Shown: positions 52,252 through 60,981 of the stretch, piece after piece
How positions within the stretch are numbered: the stretch's first letter is position 1
Layout of the letters: each line of letters begins with the position of its first letter
Source of the DNA: Gaiellales bacterium
GTDB lineage: Bacteria; Actinomycetota; Thermoleophilia; Gaiellales; JAICJC01
Reading direction: 5' to 3'
DNA length: 64,000 nucleotides
NCBI GenBank assembly: GCA_038212095.1
Contig: JBBQUW010000009.1
Location: 13,163 to 77,162, forward strand
Made by a program: the position numbers and the translations under genes
The notes under the pieces: model-generated
What the model was told of the DNA's origin: nothing
The model's input: the letters and a program-made list of their open reading frames with translations, nothing else
Database searches by the model: none

Positions 52252-52926
52252 TTACCCCTGCTCGGGCGGCGTGGGTTCGGCCGGCGGCGCGGGATCCACG
52301 GCGGGTGCCGGCTCGGCGGGCGCCGCCGGCGCCGGGTCTGGCGCGGCCGCCGCCACCGACGGCGGCGTCGAGAAGTCGACCTTGACCGGCTCGCGCTCGG
52401 CCGCATTCTCGATCTCGAAGTACTCACGGGCAGTGAAGCCGCCCATGCCGGCGATGATCGAGTTGGGGAACACCTGGATGCTGCTGTTGAACGACTGGAC
52501 GTTGCCGTTGTAGATCCGCCGCGAGGCCGCGATCTGATCCTCGGTGTTGGTCAGCTCGTTCTGCAGCTGCTGGAAGTTCTCGGTAGCGCGCAGCTGGGGA
52601 TAGGCCTCAGCGACCGCGAACAGCCGGCCCAGCGCCTGCGACAGCATGCCCTCGGCGGCACCGGCCGCGGCCGGGCCGCTGGCGCCCATCGCGCGCGTCC
52701 GTGCATCGGTGACGGCCTGGAAGGTCTCGCGCTCGTGCGCGGCATAGCCCTTGACCGACTCGACCAGGTTGGGGATCAGGTCATGACGGCGCTTGAGCTG
52801 CACGTCGATGCCGCTCCACGCCTCGTCCACCTTGTTGCGGCTGCGGACCATGCCGTTGTAGGCCATGATCACGAACCCGACCAGCAGGACGACGATCACG
52901 ATGATGACGATCAGGGCAATGCCCAT
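52252..52926 (-). CDS. lemA: LemA family protein
   Basis: 224 aa; TM anchor, YNGMVRSRNKVDEAWSGIDVQLKRRHDLIPNLVE, Pro/Ala-rich tail. Confidence 0.88.
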   Translation of the reverse strand: MGIALIVIIVIVVLLVGFVIMAYNGMVRSRNKVDEAWSGIDVQLKRRHDLIPNLVESVKGYAAHERETFQAVTDARTRAMGASGPAAAGAAEGMLSQALGRLFAVAEAYPQLRATENFQQLQNELTNTEDQIAASRRIYNGNVQSFNSSIQVFPNSIIAGMGGFTAREYFEIENAAEREPVKVDFSTPPSVAAAAPDPAPAAPAEPAPAVDPAPPAEPTPPEQG

Positions 52927-53018
52927 GGACGGGCTCCTTTGTGACGCGCCGCGAGTGTCGTCGGCGAGAGACCGTCATGATAGTCAGCTGAACGGCGGCC
53001 TGGACCGCCCGACCCGGC

Positions 53019-53699
53019 CTAGGAGATCGGGGCGCGGTGCAGCGAGCCCTGGGCAAGCACCCCGGTGGCGATCTTCTGGGCCTGTGCCAGCAGCATGTCG
53101 TACTGCGCGCTCTCGTCCAGAGGCACAGTGCTGCGGACGACCAGCGTGCCCATCTGATACTCGACGATCGGCGCCAGCGAACCCTGGTCGAGCCACCACA
53201 CGATCATCTCGGGATCGAACAGCCGCATCAGCGCGTCCAGGTCGCCGCCGCGGGCGGCCAGCAGGCGGTGGGCATGCTGGAACTCGATCGACTCCAGCTG
53301 CACCTCGTGCTCGTCGCCAGGCCCGGGCGGCAGCCGGTCGGCGTGAGCCGGCAGCACGCGGAAGTGGGGGAAGCCCGCCGCGAGCACGGCCTGCACCAGC
53401 GTGGTCTCGACGTCGACCTGGTCGCGGCCGCTACCGATGGTGTAGCTGAAGGCGAACATCGCCGCCTCCTGCTCGCCCACCGGTACAGCGAAGCAGGGCC
53501 CGGCGTGGCCGTTGTCGGCCTCCAGGGTGGGCGTCGAGCCGGTGGGCTGGTAGGAGCTTTCGAAGCCGTTTTGGGCCGCCCACGTCTCGAGCGCGTTCTC
53601 GCGCTCGTCGCGTGCCTGCATCCGCAGGTAGGCGCGGAACAGGCCGAAGGTGACGACGGCGAACACGAGCATCAGCTGGAAGGTTGGGACGGAACCCAT
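53019..53699 (-). CDS. membrane-anchored hypothetical protein, upstream partner of lemA
   Basis: ATG 53699: MGSVPTFQLMLVFAVVTFGLFRAYL anchor then ~195-aa soluble domain; rest of 460-aa ORF-track entry is antisense to ubiD. Confidence 0.55.
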   Translation of the reverse strand: MGSVPTFQLMLVFAVVTFGLFRAYLRMQARDERENALETWAAQNGFESSYQPTGSTPTLEADNGHAGPCFAVPVGEQEAAMFAFSYTIGSGRDQVDVETTLVQAVLAAGFPHFRVLPAHADRLPPGPGDEHEVQLESIEFQHAHRLLAARGGDLDALMRLFDPEMIVWWLDQGSLAPIVEYQMGTLVVRSTVPLDESAQYDMLLAQAQKIATGVLAQGSLHRAPIS

Positions 53700-53745
53700 C
53701 GATGGGAGATATCGGCCGTTCGACGCCTGTCCTGGAGCCCTGGAA

Positions 53746-53751
53746 TACACT
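53746..53751 (+). promoter_or_regulatory. -10 box, leaderless ubiD operon
   Basis: ATACACTTC: TACACT, 9 nt, ATG 53761. Confidence 0.4.
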
Positions 53752-53760
53752 TCTTGCGCA

Positions 53761-55224
53761 ATGGCCTTCAAGGATCTGCGCGACTGGCTCGACCATCTGC
53801 GGCGCGAGGGCGAGCTGCACGAGGTGACGGCCGAGGTTGACCCCCACCTCGAGATCAGCGAGATCACCGACCGCGTCACCAAGGCCGGCGGTCCCGCGCT
53901 GCTGTTCCGCGACGTCAAGGGCAGCAGCCTGCCGCTGCTGATCAACCAGTTCGGCACCGAGCGGCGCATGTGCATGGGGCTCGGTGTCGAGTCGCTGGAC
54001 GAGCTTGGCTCGCGCATCCAGGGCGTGCTCGAGATGACGCCGCCGGAGGGCATCGGCGACAAGATCCGCGCGCTCGGCAAGCTCAAGTCGCTGGCCGACT
54101 CGCGGCCGAAGGTGGTGCGCAGCGGCCCCTGCCAGGAGATCGTGCTGCAGCCTCCCGATCTCGACCAGCTGCCGATCATGACCTGCTGGCCGCTGGACGG
54201 CGGCCCCTTCATCACGCTGCCGGCCGTGATCACCAAGGATCCCCGCACCGGCATGCGAAACGTCGGCATGTACCGGATCCAGAAGTTCGATTCGACCACC
54301 ACCGGCGTGCACTGGCAGATCCACAAGGACGCCGCCGCCGACTGGCGGGGGATGGGCGAGCGGATGGACGTGGCGGTCGCGCTCGGTCTCGACCCGATCA
54401 CCGCCTACTCGGCGTCCGCACCGCTGCCCAAGCACGTCGACGAGTTCATGCTGGCCGGATTTCTGCGCGGCGAGCCGGTCGAGATGGTGAAGGCGACCAC
54501 GGTCGACCTGGAGGTGCCGGCGCGGGCCGAGATCGTGATCGAGGGCTACATCAGCAAGGGCGAGCTGGCCGACGAGGGCCCGTTTGGCGATCACACGGGC
54601 TACTACACGCCGGTCGAGCCGTTCCCGGTGCTGCACGTGACCGCGATCACGATGCGTCGCGGCGCCGTCTACCCCTCGATCATCGTCGGCGTGCCGCCGC
54701 AGGAGGACGTCTGGCTGGGCAAGGCCACCGAGCGGCTGTTTCTGCCCGCGCTGCGGATGACGATGCCGGAGGTGGTCGACTACGACCTGCCGTTCGCGGG
54801 CGCCTTCCACAACCTCGCGATCGTCTCGATCCGCAAGGCCTTCCCGGGCCACGCCCGCAAGGTGATGCACTCGATCTGGGGCACCGGCCTGCTCTCGCTG
54901 ACCAAGGGCGTGGTGGTGGTGGACGAGTGGGTGGACGTTCACGACTACCAGCAGGTGATGTGGCAGGTCGGCGCCAACGTCGATCCGGCCCGCGACGTGA
55001 TGCTGTCCGAGGGCCCGCTCGATCACCTCGACCACGCGCCCACGCGCCAGTTCGTCGGCGGCAAGCTCGGCATCGATGCGACCGCGACGTGGGAGTCGGA
55101 GGGGTACAGCCGTGGCTGGCCGTCAGTGATCGAGATGTCGTCCGACGTCCGCGACCGGGTGACCGCGCGGTGGGCCGAGTTTGGGATTCCTGTTACAACG
55201 GCACGCGGCCGGGGAGCGCGATAG
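53761..55224 (+). CDS. ubiD: UbiD-family decarboxylase (menaquinone-pathway type)
   Basis: MAFKDLRDWLDHLRREGELHEV..., GPALLF, GPFGDHTGYY; ATG 53761. Confidence 0.88.
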   Translation: MAFKDLRDWLDHLRREGELHEVTAEVDPHLEISEITDRVTKAGGPALLFRDVKGSSLPLLINQFGTERRMCMGLGVESLDELGSRIQGVLEMTPPEGIGDKIRALGKLKSLADSRPKVVRSGPCQEIVLQPPDLDQLPIMTCWPLDGGPFITLPAVITKDPRTGMRNVGMYRIQKFDSTTTGVHWQIHKDAAADWRGMGERMDVAVALGLDPITAYSASAPLPKHVDEFMLAGFLRGEPVEMVKATTVDLEVPARAEIVIEGYISKGELADEGPFGDHTGYYTPVEPFPVLHVTAITMRRGAVYPSIIVGVPPQEDVWLGKATERLFLPALRMTMPEVVDYDLPFAGAFHNLAIVSIRKAFPGHARKVMHSIWGTGLLSLTKGVVVVDEWVDVHDYQQVMWQVGANVDPARDVMLSEGPLDHLDHAPTRQFVGGKLGIDATATWESEGYSRGWPSVIEMSSDVRDRVTARWAEFGIPVTTARGRGAR

Positions 55225-55225
55225 T

Positions 55226-55960
55226 ATGGCCTCGCTGGACCGACCAGGAGGACACGTGGCGGACACTCCCGCCGGCTCGCACGCCCATGCATACACGGCG
55301 CCACAGGCGCCGGACTCCGCCGTAACCCGCGGTCAGTTTCTCACCCTCTCCTCGGTGGGACTGGGCGCGATGATCGGTGCGGTGATCGGCGTGCCGGCGA
55401 CGGCCTACGTGCTCGCGCCCTTGACCAAGGAGGTCAAGTTCGAGCCGGTCGACCTCGGCCCGACCAGCAAGTACACCGCCGAGTCCGGATTCGCACCGAC
55501 CGCGGCCACGTACGTCGAAGATCCGGCCAATCCGAACACCAGCGCCGGGCTGGCCTGGGTGCACCACACGGGCAAGTCGAACACCGATTGGCTGGCCCAG
55601 GACGCGATGTTCGTCGTCTTCTCGAACCGCTGCATGCACCTCGGCTGTCCGGTCGCCGCGAACGCCGGCGGCTTCGCCTGTCCCTGCCATGGCGGCGTGT
55701 ACAACACTGACGGGATCCGCACAGGTGGACCGCCGATCAGGCCGCTCGACCGCTTCGAGTGGGAGGTCAAGGGCGGCAGCCTGGTGCTGACCAACCGCTG
55801 GAGCGTCGACTTCCTGAACGGCAAGCTGACCTACTTCCCGGTCAAGATGCCGGGCCAGCCGGTCGACCTGGGCGCGCCCAGCATCGTCAACGACCACATC
55901 CCCGACCTGCTGTATCCCAACGTCACCTACCAGCACGGCACCGTGCCCAAGCCTCACTGA
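55226..55960 (+). CDS. qcrA: Rieske [2Fe-2S] subunit of menaquinol:cytochrome c reductase
   Basis: TRGQFL Tat-like signal/anchor; CMHLGCP...CPCHGGVY. Confidence 0.9.
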   Translation: MASLDRPGGHVADTPAGSHAHAYTAPQAPDSAVTRGQFLTLSSVGLGAMIGAVIGVPATAYVLAPLTKEVKFEPVDLGPTSKYTAESGFAPTAATYVEDPANPNTSAGLAWVHHTGKSNTDWLAQDAMFVVFSNRCMHLGCPVAANAGGFACPCHGGVYNTDGIRTGGPPIRPLDRFEWEVKGGSLVLTNRWSVDFLNGKLTYFPVKMPGQPVDLGAPSIVNDHIPDLLYPNVTYQHGTVPKPH

Positions 55961-56682
55961 TGCCACTCCCGATTCCCATCCCGCCGCCGCCCAGCCCCAA
56001 GCAGATGGTGCTGGCCACCGAGGACTGGATCGAGTACCGCACCGGCTTCCCGACGCTGGTGCGGAAGTTCCTGTTCCGAAAGGTGCCGCCCACCGGCTGG
56101 TTCCACACGCTCGGCTCGTCGCTGCTGACGGTGTTCATCCTGCAGGCCACCACCGGAATGCTGCTGGCGATGACGTACGACCCCTCGCCCGGCGGCGCCT
56201 ACGAGTCGATCCGCTACATCACCGACACCCAGACGCTGGGCTGGCTGATCCGCGGCATGCACAAGTGGGGCGCCTCGATGATGGTGATTCTGCTGTTCCT
56301 GCACATGGGCCGCACCTTCTTCTACGGCGCCTACAAGTACCCGCGCGAGATGACGTGGCTGACCGGCTCGCTGATCTTCGTGCTGACGATGGCGATGGGC
56401 CTCACCGGCTACCTGCTGGTGTGGGACCAGCGCGCCTACTGGGCCTCGGTCGTGGCCGTCAACATCAACGGCACCGCGCCGGTGCTGGGCCCGTTCATCT
56501 CGAAGTTCCTGCTGGCGGGGCCGGTGTTCGGCGCCCAGACGATCTCGCGCTTCTACGCGCTACACATGCTCTTGATACCCGGGGCAATCGGCGGTCTGAT
56601 CTTCGTCCACATGTGGCTGGTCGTGAAGCTGGGCGTCACTCCCTGGCCCTCCCGCCCGCGTGAGGACGAGGTCGAGGCGTAG
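55960..56682 (+). CDS. qcrB: cytochrome b6-type subunit (N-terminal half of cytochrome b)
   Basis: 240 aa; WFHTLGS, IRGMHKWGASMMVILLFLHM, YALHMLLIP heme-ligand His pairs; TGATG overlap with qcrA. Confidence 0.9.
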   Translation: MPLPIPIPPPPSPKQMVLATEDWIEYRTGFPTLVRKFLFRKVPPTGWFHTLGSSLLTVFILQATTGMLLAMTYDPSPGGAYESIRYITDTQTLGWLIRGMHKWGASMMVILLFLHMGRTFFYGAYKYPREMTWLTGSLIFVLTMAMGLTGYLLVWDQRAYWASVVAVNINGTAPVLGPFISKFLLAGPVFGAQTISRFYALHMLLIPGAIGGLIFVHMWLVVKLGVTPWPSRPREDEVEA

Positions 56683-56684
56683 CC

Positions 56685-57506
56685 GTGGCACGCAAGGTGA
56701 TCAACCGCCGCGTGCGGTACGAGGCGGAGCACGCCGACTCGAAGAAGCACGGCCACGCCTTCTTTCCCTACGCGATGTTCCACGATGTCGTGGTCAATCT
56801 GCTGGTGGTGCTGATCATCGTGGTCATGGCGATCGTGTGGCACGCCACGGCGCAGCCGATCTCGGCCGCGCACCCGCAGGGCGTCAACGGCTGGCTGGGC
56901 GCGCTGTACGAGACCAAGGCCAACCCGGCCATCCAGAGCACGGAGCCGCGGCCGGAGTGGTACTTCCTCTTCCTGTTCGAGCTGCTGCGGGTGTTCAAGT
57001 CGCCGTGGCAGCTGCTGTTCGCCACCATCATCATCCCCACCATCCTGATGGTGCTGCTGATCACGTGGCCGTTCATCGACACCGGCCGCGACCGGCGGCT
57101 CTCGCGCCGCCCGGCCGGCGTGGCGCTCGGTCTGGCTACGCCCGCGGTGCTGATCGCGCTGACGATCGCCGGCGGCTCGGCGCCCGGAGTCGGCGGAACA
57201 GCCATCACCACCTACCCAGCCCTGAACGCACTTCCCGGAGCGACCCTGATCTCCGCGCAAGGCTGCACCTCCTGCCACAACTTTGGTGCCGTCGGTGCGA
57301 GCGGTCCGGGAGCGAACCTCGCCAAGGGCTCGCCGATGTTCGCTGACGACCAGAAGAAGATCCAGGCCTGGCTTGCGGGCGGTGCGAACACGACCACCGG
57401 TGGCGCGATGCCTGACTACACCGGCCTCGGCCCGGCCAAGATCGCTCAGATCGCTCAGCTCGTCGCGTCGCTCAAGAGCGGCACAGTGCAGCCGATCCAG
57501 CAGTAG
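56685..57506 (+). CDS. qcrC: subunit-IV-like domain fused to a mono-heme cytochrome c (Bacillus QcrC architecture)
   Basis: PEWYFLFLFELLR motif and 3 TM, then CTSCH heme c site and GGAMPDY Met ligand. Confidence 0.88.
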   Translation: MARKVINRRVRYEAEHADSKKHGHAFFPYAMFHDVVVNLLVVLIIVVMAIVWHATAQPISAAHPQGVNGWLGALYETKANPAIQSTEPRPEWYFLFLFELLRVFKSPWQLLFATIIIPTILMVLLITWPFIDTGRDRRLSRRPAGVALGLATPAVLIALTIAGGSAPGVGGTAITTYPALNALPGATLISAQGCTSCHNFGAVGASGPGANLAKGSPMFADDQKKIQAWLAGGANTTTGGAMPDYTGLGPAKIAQIAQLVASLKSGTVQPIQQ

Positions 57507-57515
57507 GCTGCCCTC

Positions 57516-58124
57516 ATGCGCGTGATGCTCGGAATCACCGGCGCGTCCGGCGCCCCGTATGCCGCCCGCGTCCTGCGTGCGCTGTGCGAGGCGGGCGTCG
57601 ACGCCGGCATCTGCGCCTCGGCGGCCGGACGGCAGGTGATCGCGCTCGAGCTGTACGGCGATCGTGCGATGGACGGCAGCGACGCGCTCGAGCGGTTCGT
57701 GGCCGACCATGGCGCCCCCGGCGTGCGGCTGTGGGCCGAGCGCGACTACTCGGCCCCCTACGCCTCGGGAAGCTCGCGCACCGACGCGGTCGTGATCTGC
57801 CCCTGCTCGATGGCCTCGATCGGCACCATCGTCGGCGGGTCGGAGGCCAATCTGATCCACCGCGCCGCCGGCGTGCAGCTGAAGGAGCGGCGCAAGCTGG
57901 TGGTGGTGCCGCGTGAGACGCCGCTCTCGTCGATCCACCTCGAGAACCTGCTCAAGCTGCGAAACGCGGGCGCGGATGTGATCCCCGCCATGCCCGCCTT
58001 CTACCACCTGCCGCAGACGATCGACGAGATGATCGACTTCGTCGCCGGCCGCGTGATCGACTCGCTGGGCATCGAGATGTCGCTGCACCGCCGCTGGGGC
58101 GAGGCCGAGGTGCCGGCGCCGTGA
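57516..58124 (+). CDS. ubiX: UbiX-family flavin prenyltransferase
   Basis: 202 aa; MRVMLGITGASGAPYA, VICPCSMASIG, VVVPRETPL. Confidence 0.9.
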   Translation: MRVMLGITGASGAPYAARVLRALCEAGVDAGICASAAGRQVIALELYGDRAMDGSDALERFVADHGAPGVRLWAERDYSAPYASGSSRTDAVVICPCSMASIGTIVGGSEANLIHRAAGVQLKERRKLVVVPRETPLSSIHLENLLKLRNAGADVIPAMPAFYHLPQTIDEMIDFVAGRVIDSLGIEMSLHRRWGEAEVPAP

Positions 58125-58807
58125 CGCTGCAGCCGGAGCGGGTGCGCGAGATGTTCGACCGCATCTCACCAAGCTACGACCGCATGAACCTGCTCATGTC
58201 GGGTGGCATGGACGGCCGCTGGCGGCGGCTGGCGGTGCGGGCGTCGGGCGCGCGGCCCGGCGACGCCGTGCTCGACGTCTGCTGTGGCACCGGCGACCTT
58301 GCGGTCGAGCTGCGGCGGGCGGTAGGTCCGTCCGGCCGCGTGGTCGGGCTCGACTTCTCGCCCCAGATGCTGGCTGTGGCCGGCTGCAAGAGCAACGCCG
58401 TCGAGTGGCAGGAGGGCGACGCGCTGGCGCTGCCGTTCGGCGACGGCGAGTTCGCCGCCGCCACGGTCGGGTTCGGCGTCCGCAATCTGGTCGATTACGC
58501 CCGCGGATTCGCCGAGATGGCGCGCGTGGTGCGTCCGGGCGGGCGCGTCGTCTGTCTCGAGATGAGCACCCCTGGCCCCGTGATCCGGCCGTTCTCGCGC
58601 CTCTGGACAGATCATGGCGTGCCGCTGATGGGCCGGCTGGTGGCGCGCGACGCCGGCGCCTATCGCTACCTGCCCGACTCCGTACGCCGGTTTCCCCCGG
58701 CCGATCAACTGGCGGTGATCATGCGCGAGGCGGGATTGAGCGACGTCCGCGTGAGGCGTCTGATGCTGGGCGTGGTCGCGCTGCACGTCGCAACGGTGCC
58801 GGCGTGA
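58121..58807 (+). CDS. menG: demethylmenaquinone methyltransferase (UbiE/MenG)
   Basis: VREMFDRISPSYDRMNLLMSGGMDGRWRR, LDVCCGTGD. Confidence 0.9.
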   Translation: MTLQPERVREMFDRISPSYDRMNLLMSGGMDGRWRRLAVRASGARPGDAVLDVCCGTGDLAVELRRAVGPSGRVVGLDFSPQMLAVAGCKSNAVEWQEGDALALPFGDGEFAAATVGFGVRNLVDYARGFAEMARVVRPGGRVVCLEMSTPGPVIRPFSRLWTDHGVPLMGRLVARDAGAYRYLPDSVRRFPPADQLAVIMREAGLSDVRVRRLMLGVVALHVATVPA

Positions 58808-59754
58808 GCCTGGTCGCGTCGCAGCACCAGCAGCACGTCGACCGCGTCGAGCAGCGACTGCGGGAGGTGGTCGACGCCGATCAGGGCGCCGTCTCGCTGG
58901 CCTCCGCGCGGACGCTCGCGGCGGGTGGCAAGCGGCTGCGGCCGCTGCTGGTATCGCTGTGCGCCGCCGACGACCATCGCGACCGCCCGCAGCTGGTCGC
59001 TGCCGGAACCGCGGTGGAGCTGGTGCACATGGCCACGCTGGTGCACGATGACGTGCTGGACGCGACGCCGCTTCGTCGCGGAAGGCCGACGATCTGGCAC
59101 AGCGAGGGCCGCGTGCTGGCCACGGCCACCGGCGATCACCTGTTCGCGCGGGCGTTCGCAGAGCTGGCGGCGACGGGGGACATCGATGCCGTGACGATGC
59201 TCTCGGATGCCTGCCTGGCGCTGGCGCGGGGCGAGATCCTCCAGCGCGCGCAGACCGGCGATCCGTCCACCTCCGTGCCCGCGTACCTCCAGCGCTGCAC
59301 GCTCAAGACGGGACGCCTGTTCTCGGCCGCGGCCATGCTGGGCGCCCGCTTCGGTGGTCTCGATCGCGAGCAGGGCGACGCGCTGGGACGCTTTGCCGAG
59401 GCGCTCGGGTTGGCCTTCCAGATTGCCGACGACGTGCTCGACTGCGACGGCAACCCCGACACCACCGGCAAGCCGCTCGGCACCGACCTGCTGGACGGCA
59501 CGATCACGCTGCCGCTGATCCTGGCGGCCGAGCGTGACGAGGCCGTGCGCTCGGTGATCGCGCGTGGCGCCGCCCCCGACGACGTGTTGCCCATTCTGGC
59601 GCGCGTGGTCGGCAGCGGTGCGGTGGTGGACGCCCGCGCCCAGGCGCGCGAGCTGGCGGCCGTTGCCCTGGCCGAGCTCGAGCGTGTCTCGGCGCCGGTC
59701 GATCACGAGGCGCTGCGCGATGCCGTGACGACGGCGGTCGAGCGTAGCGCGTAG
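58804..59754 (+). CDS. long-chain trans-polyprenyl diphosphate synthase
   Basis: GTG 58804; GGKRLRP, first Asp-rich LVHDDVLD...RRG, second FQIADDVLD, KT..GK. Confidence 0.88.
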   Translation: MSLVASQHQQHVDRVEQRLREVVDADQGAVSLASARTLAAGGKRLRPLLVSLCAADDHRDRPQLVAAGTAVELVHMATLVHDDVLDATPLRRGRPTIWHSEGRVLATATGDHLFARAFAELAATGDIDAVTMLSDACLALARGEILQRAQTGDPSTSVPAYLQRCTLKTGRLFSAAAMLGARFGGLDREQGDALGRFAEALGLAFQIADDVLDCDGNPDTTGKPLGTDLLDGTITLPLILAAERDEAVRSVIARGAAPDDVLPILARVVGSGAVVDARAQARELAAVALAELERVSAPVDHEALRDAVTTAVERSA

Positions 59755-59810
59755 GTGTCCCGCGCCGGGCACGATCGAGCTGCACCGAACGTCCATCGCG
59801 AACGAGGGAA

Positions 59811-59829
59811 CAGGTCAGGGGGTGACCTG
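59811..59829 (+). terminator. hairpin between polyprenyl synthase and mqnE
   Basis: CAGGTCA-GGGGG-TGACCTG, perfect 7-bp stem, in the only sizeable (117-nt) gap of the block. Confidence 0.4.
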
Positions 59830-59856
59830 CCGGCACGGATTTCCAGGCGGCATCGG

Positions 59857-59862
59857 TACACT
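59857..59862 (+). promoter_or_regulatory. -10 box, leaderless mqnE operon
   Basis: GTACACTTC: TACACT, 9 nt, ATG 59872; same TACACTTC octamer and spacing as ubiD. Confidence 0.4.
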
Positions 59863-59871
59863 TCCAACCGC

Positions 59872-60981
59872 ATGGCCACCGCCGCCCGCCTCGATACGCT
59901 GGCTCCCATCCGCGAGAAAGTGCTCGCCGGCGAGCGCCTCGACTTCGACGACGGCGTCGCGCTGCTCGAGTCCGATGATCTTACCGGCCTGGGCCTGCTT
60001 GCGGACACCGCACGCCGGCTCCGCGGCGGCGGCGACGAGGTGTTCTTCGTCAACAACCTCTACCTGAACCACACCAACGTGTGCCGGGTGAAGTGCAAGT
60101 TCTGCGCCTTCGCCATGACCGGAAAGCAGCCGCAGGCCTACACCTGGGAGATCGACGAGCTCGTCCAGCACGCGGTGGACGTGTTCGAGCGCGAGCAGTT
60201 CTCCGAGATCCACATGGTGGGCGGCGAGAATCCCCACCTCGAGTACCGCTACTACATCGATCTCACCCGCGCCCTGCACGAGGCGCTGCCCGACGTGCAC
60301 CTGAAGCTGTTCACCGCGTCCGAGATCCACCATATGCACAAGCTGTCGGGGAAGCCTCGCGAGGAGATCCTGGACGACCTCCAGCAGGCCGGTCTGGGCT
60401 CGCTGCCCGGCGGCGGTGCCGAGGTGTTCGCCGACCGCGTGCGACGGCTCATCGCCCCCGGCAAGGAGCATCCCGACAATTGGATCGCCACCCACCGTGC
60501 CGCGCACGCCATGGGCATGCCGACCCACTGCACGATGCTCTACGGGCACGTCGAGAACTACGAGGAGCGGGTCGATCACTGGCTGCGGCTGCGCCAGCTC
60601 CAGGACGAGACGAGCGGCTTCCTGGCCTTCATCCCGCTGCCGTTCCATCCCGAGAACACGGTCTTCGAGCGGCGTGGCTGGCGGTTCTCCACCGGGTACG
60701 ACGACCTCAAGATGATCGCCGTCTCACGGCTGATGCTGGACAACATCGCCAACATCAAGGCGTACTGGATCATGATCTCGACCCCGCTGGCGCAGGTCGC
60801 GCTGCACTACGGCGCCAACGATATCCAGGGCACCGTGATGGAGGAGAAGATCGCGCACGCGGCGGGCGCTGTGACGCCGCAGGAGGAGAAGATCAACGAC
60901 CTCGTGGCGCTGATCCGCGACGCCGGCCGCATCCCCGTCCAGCGCGACACGCTCTACAACAGGCTGCGTACCTTTGCTTAG
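59872..60981 (+). CDS. mqnE: radical-SAM aminodeoxyfutalosine synthase
   Basis: CRVKCKFCAF cluster site, HMVGGENP, SLPGGGAEVF, TMLYGHVE, FIPLPFHP, IKAYW; MqnE vs MqnC assignment from remembered family motifs. Confidence 0.7.
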   Translation: MATAARLDTLAPIREKVLAGERLDFDDGVALLESDDLTGLGLLADTARRLRGGGDEVFFVNNLYLNHTNVCRVKCKFCAFAMTGKQPQAYTWEIDELVQHAVDVFEREQFSEIHMVGGENPHLEYRYYIDLTRALHEALPDVHLKLFTASEIHHMHKLSGKPREEILDDLQQAGLGSLPGGGAEVFADRVRRLIAPGKEHPDNWIATHRAAHAMGMPTHCTMLYGHVENYEERVDHWLRLRQLQDETSGFLAFIPLPFHPENTVFERRGWRFSTGYDDLKMIAVSRLMLDNIANIKAYWIMISTPLAQVALHYGANDIQGTVMEEKIAHAAGAVTPQEEKINDLVALIRDAGRIPVQRDTLYNRLRTFA

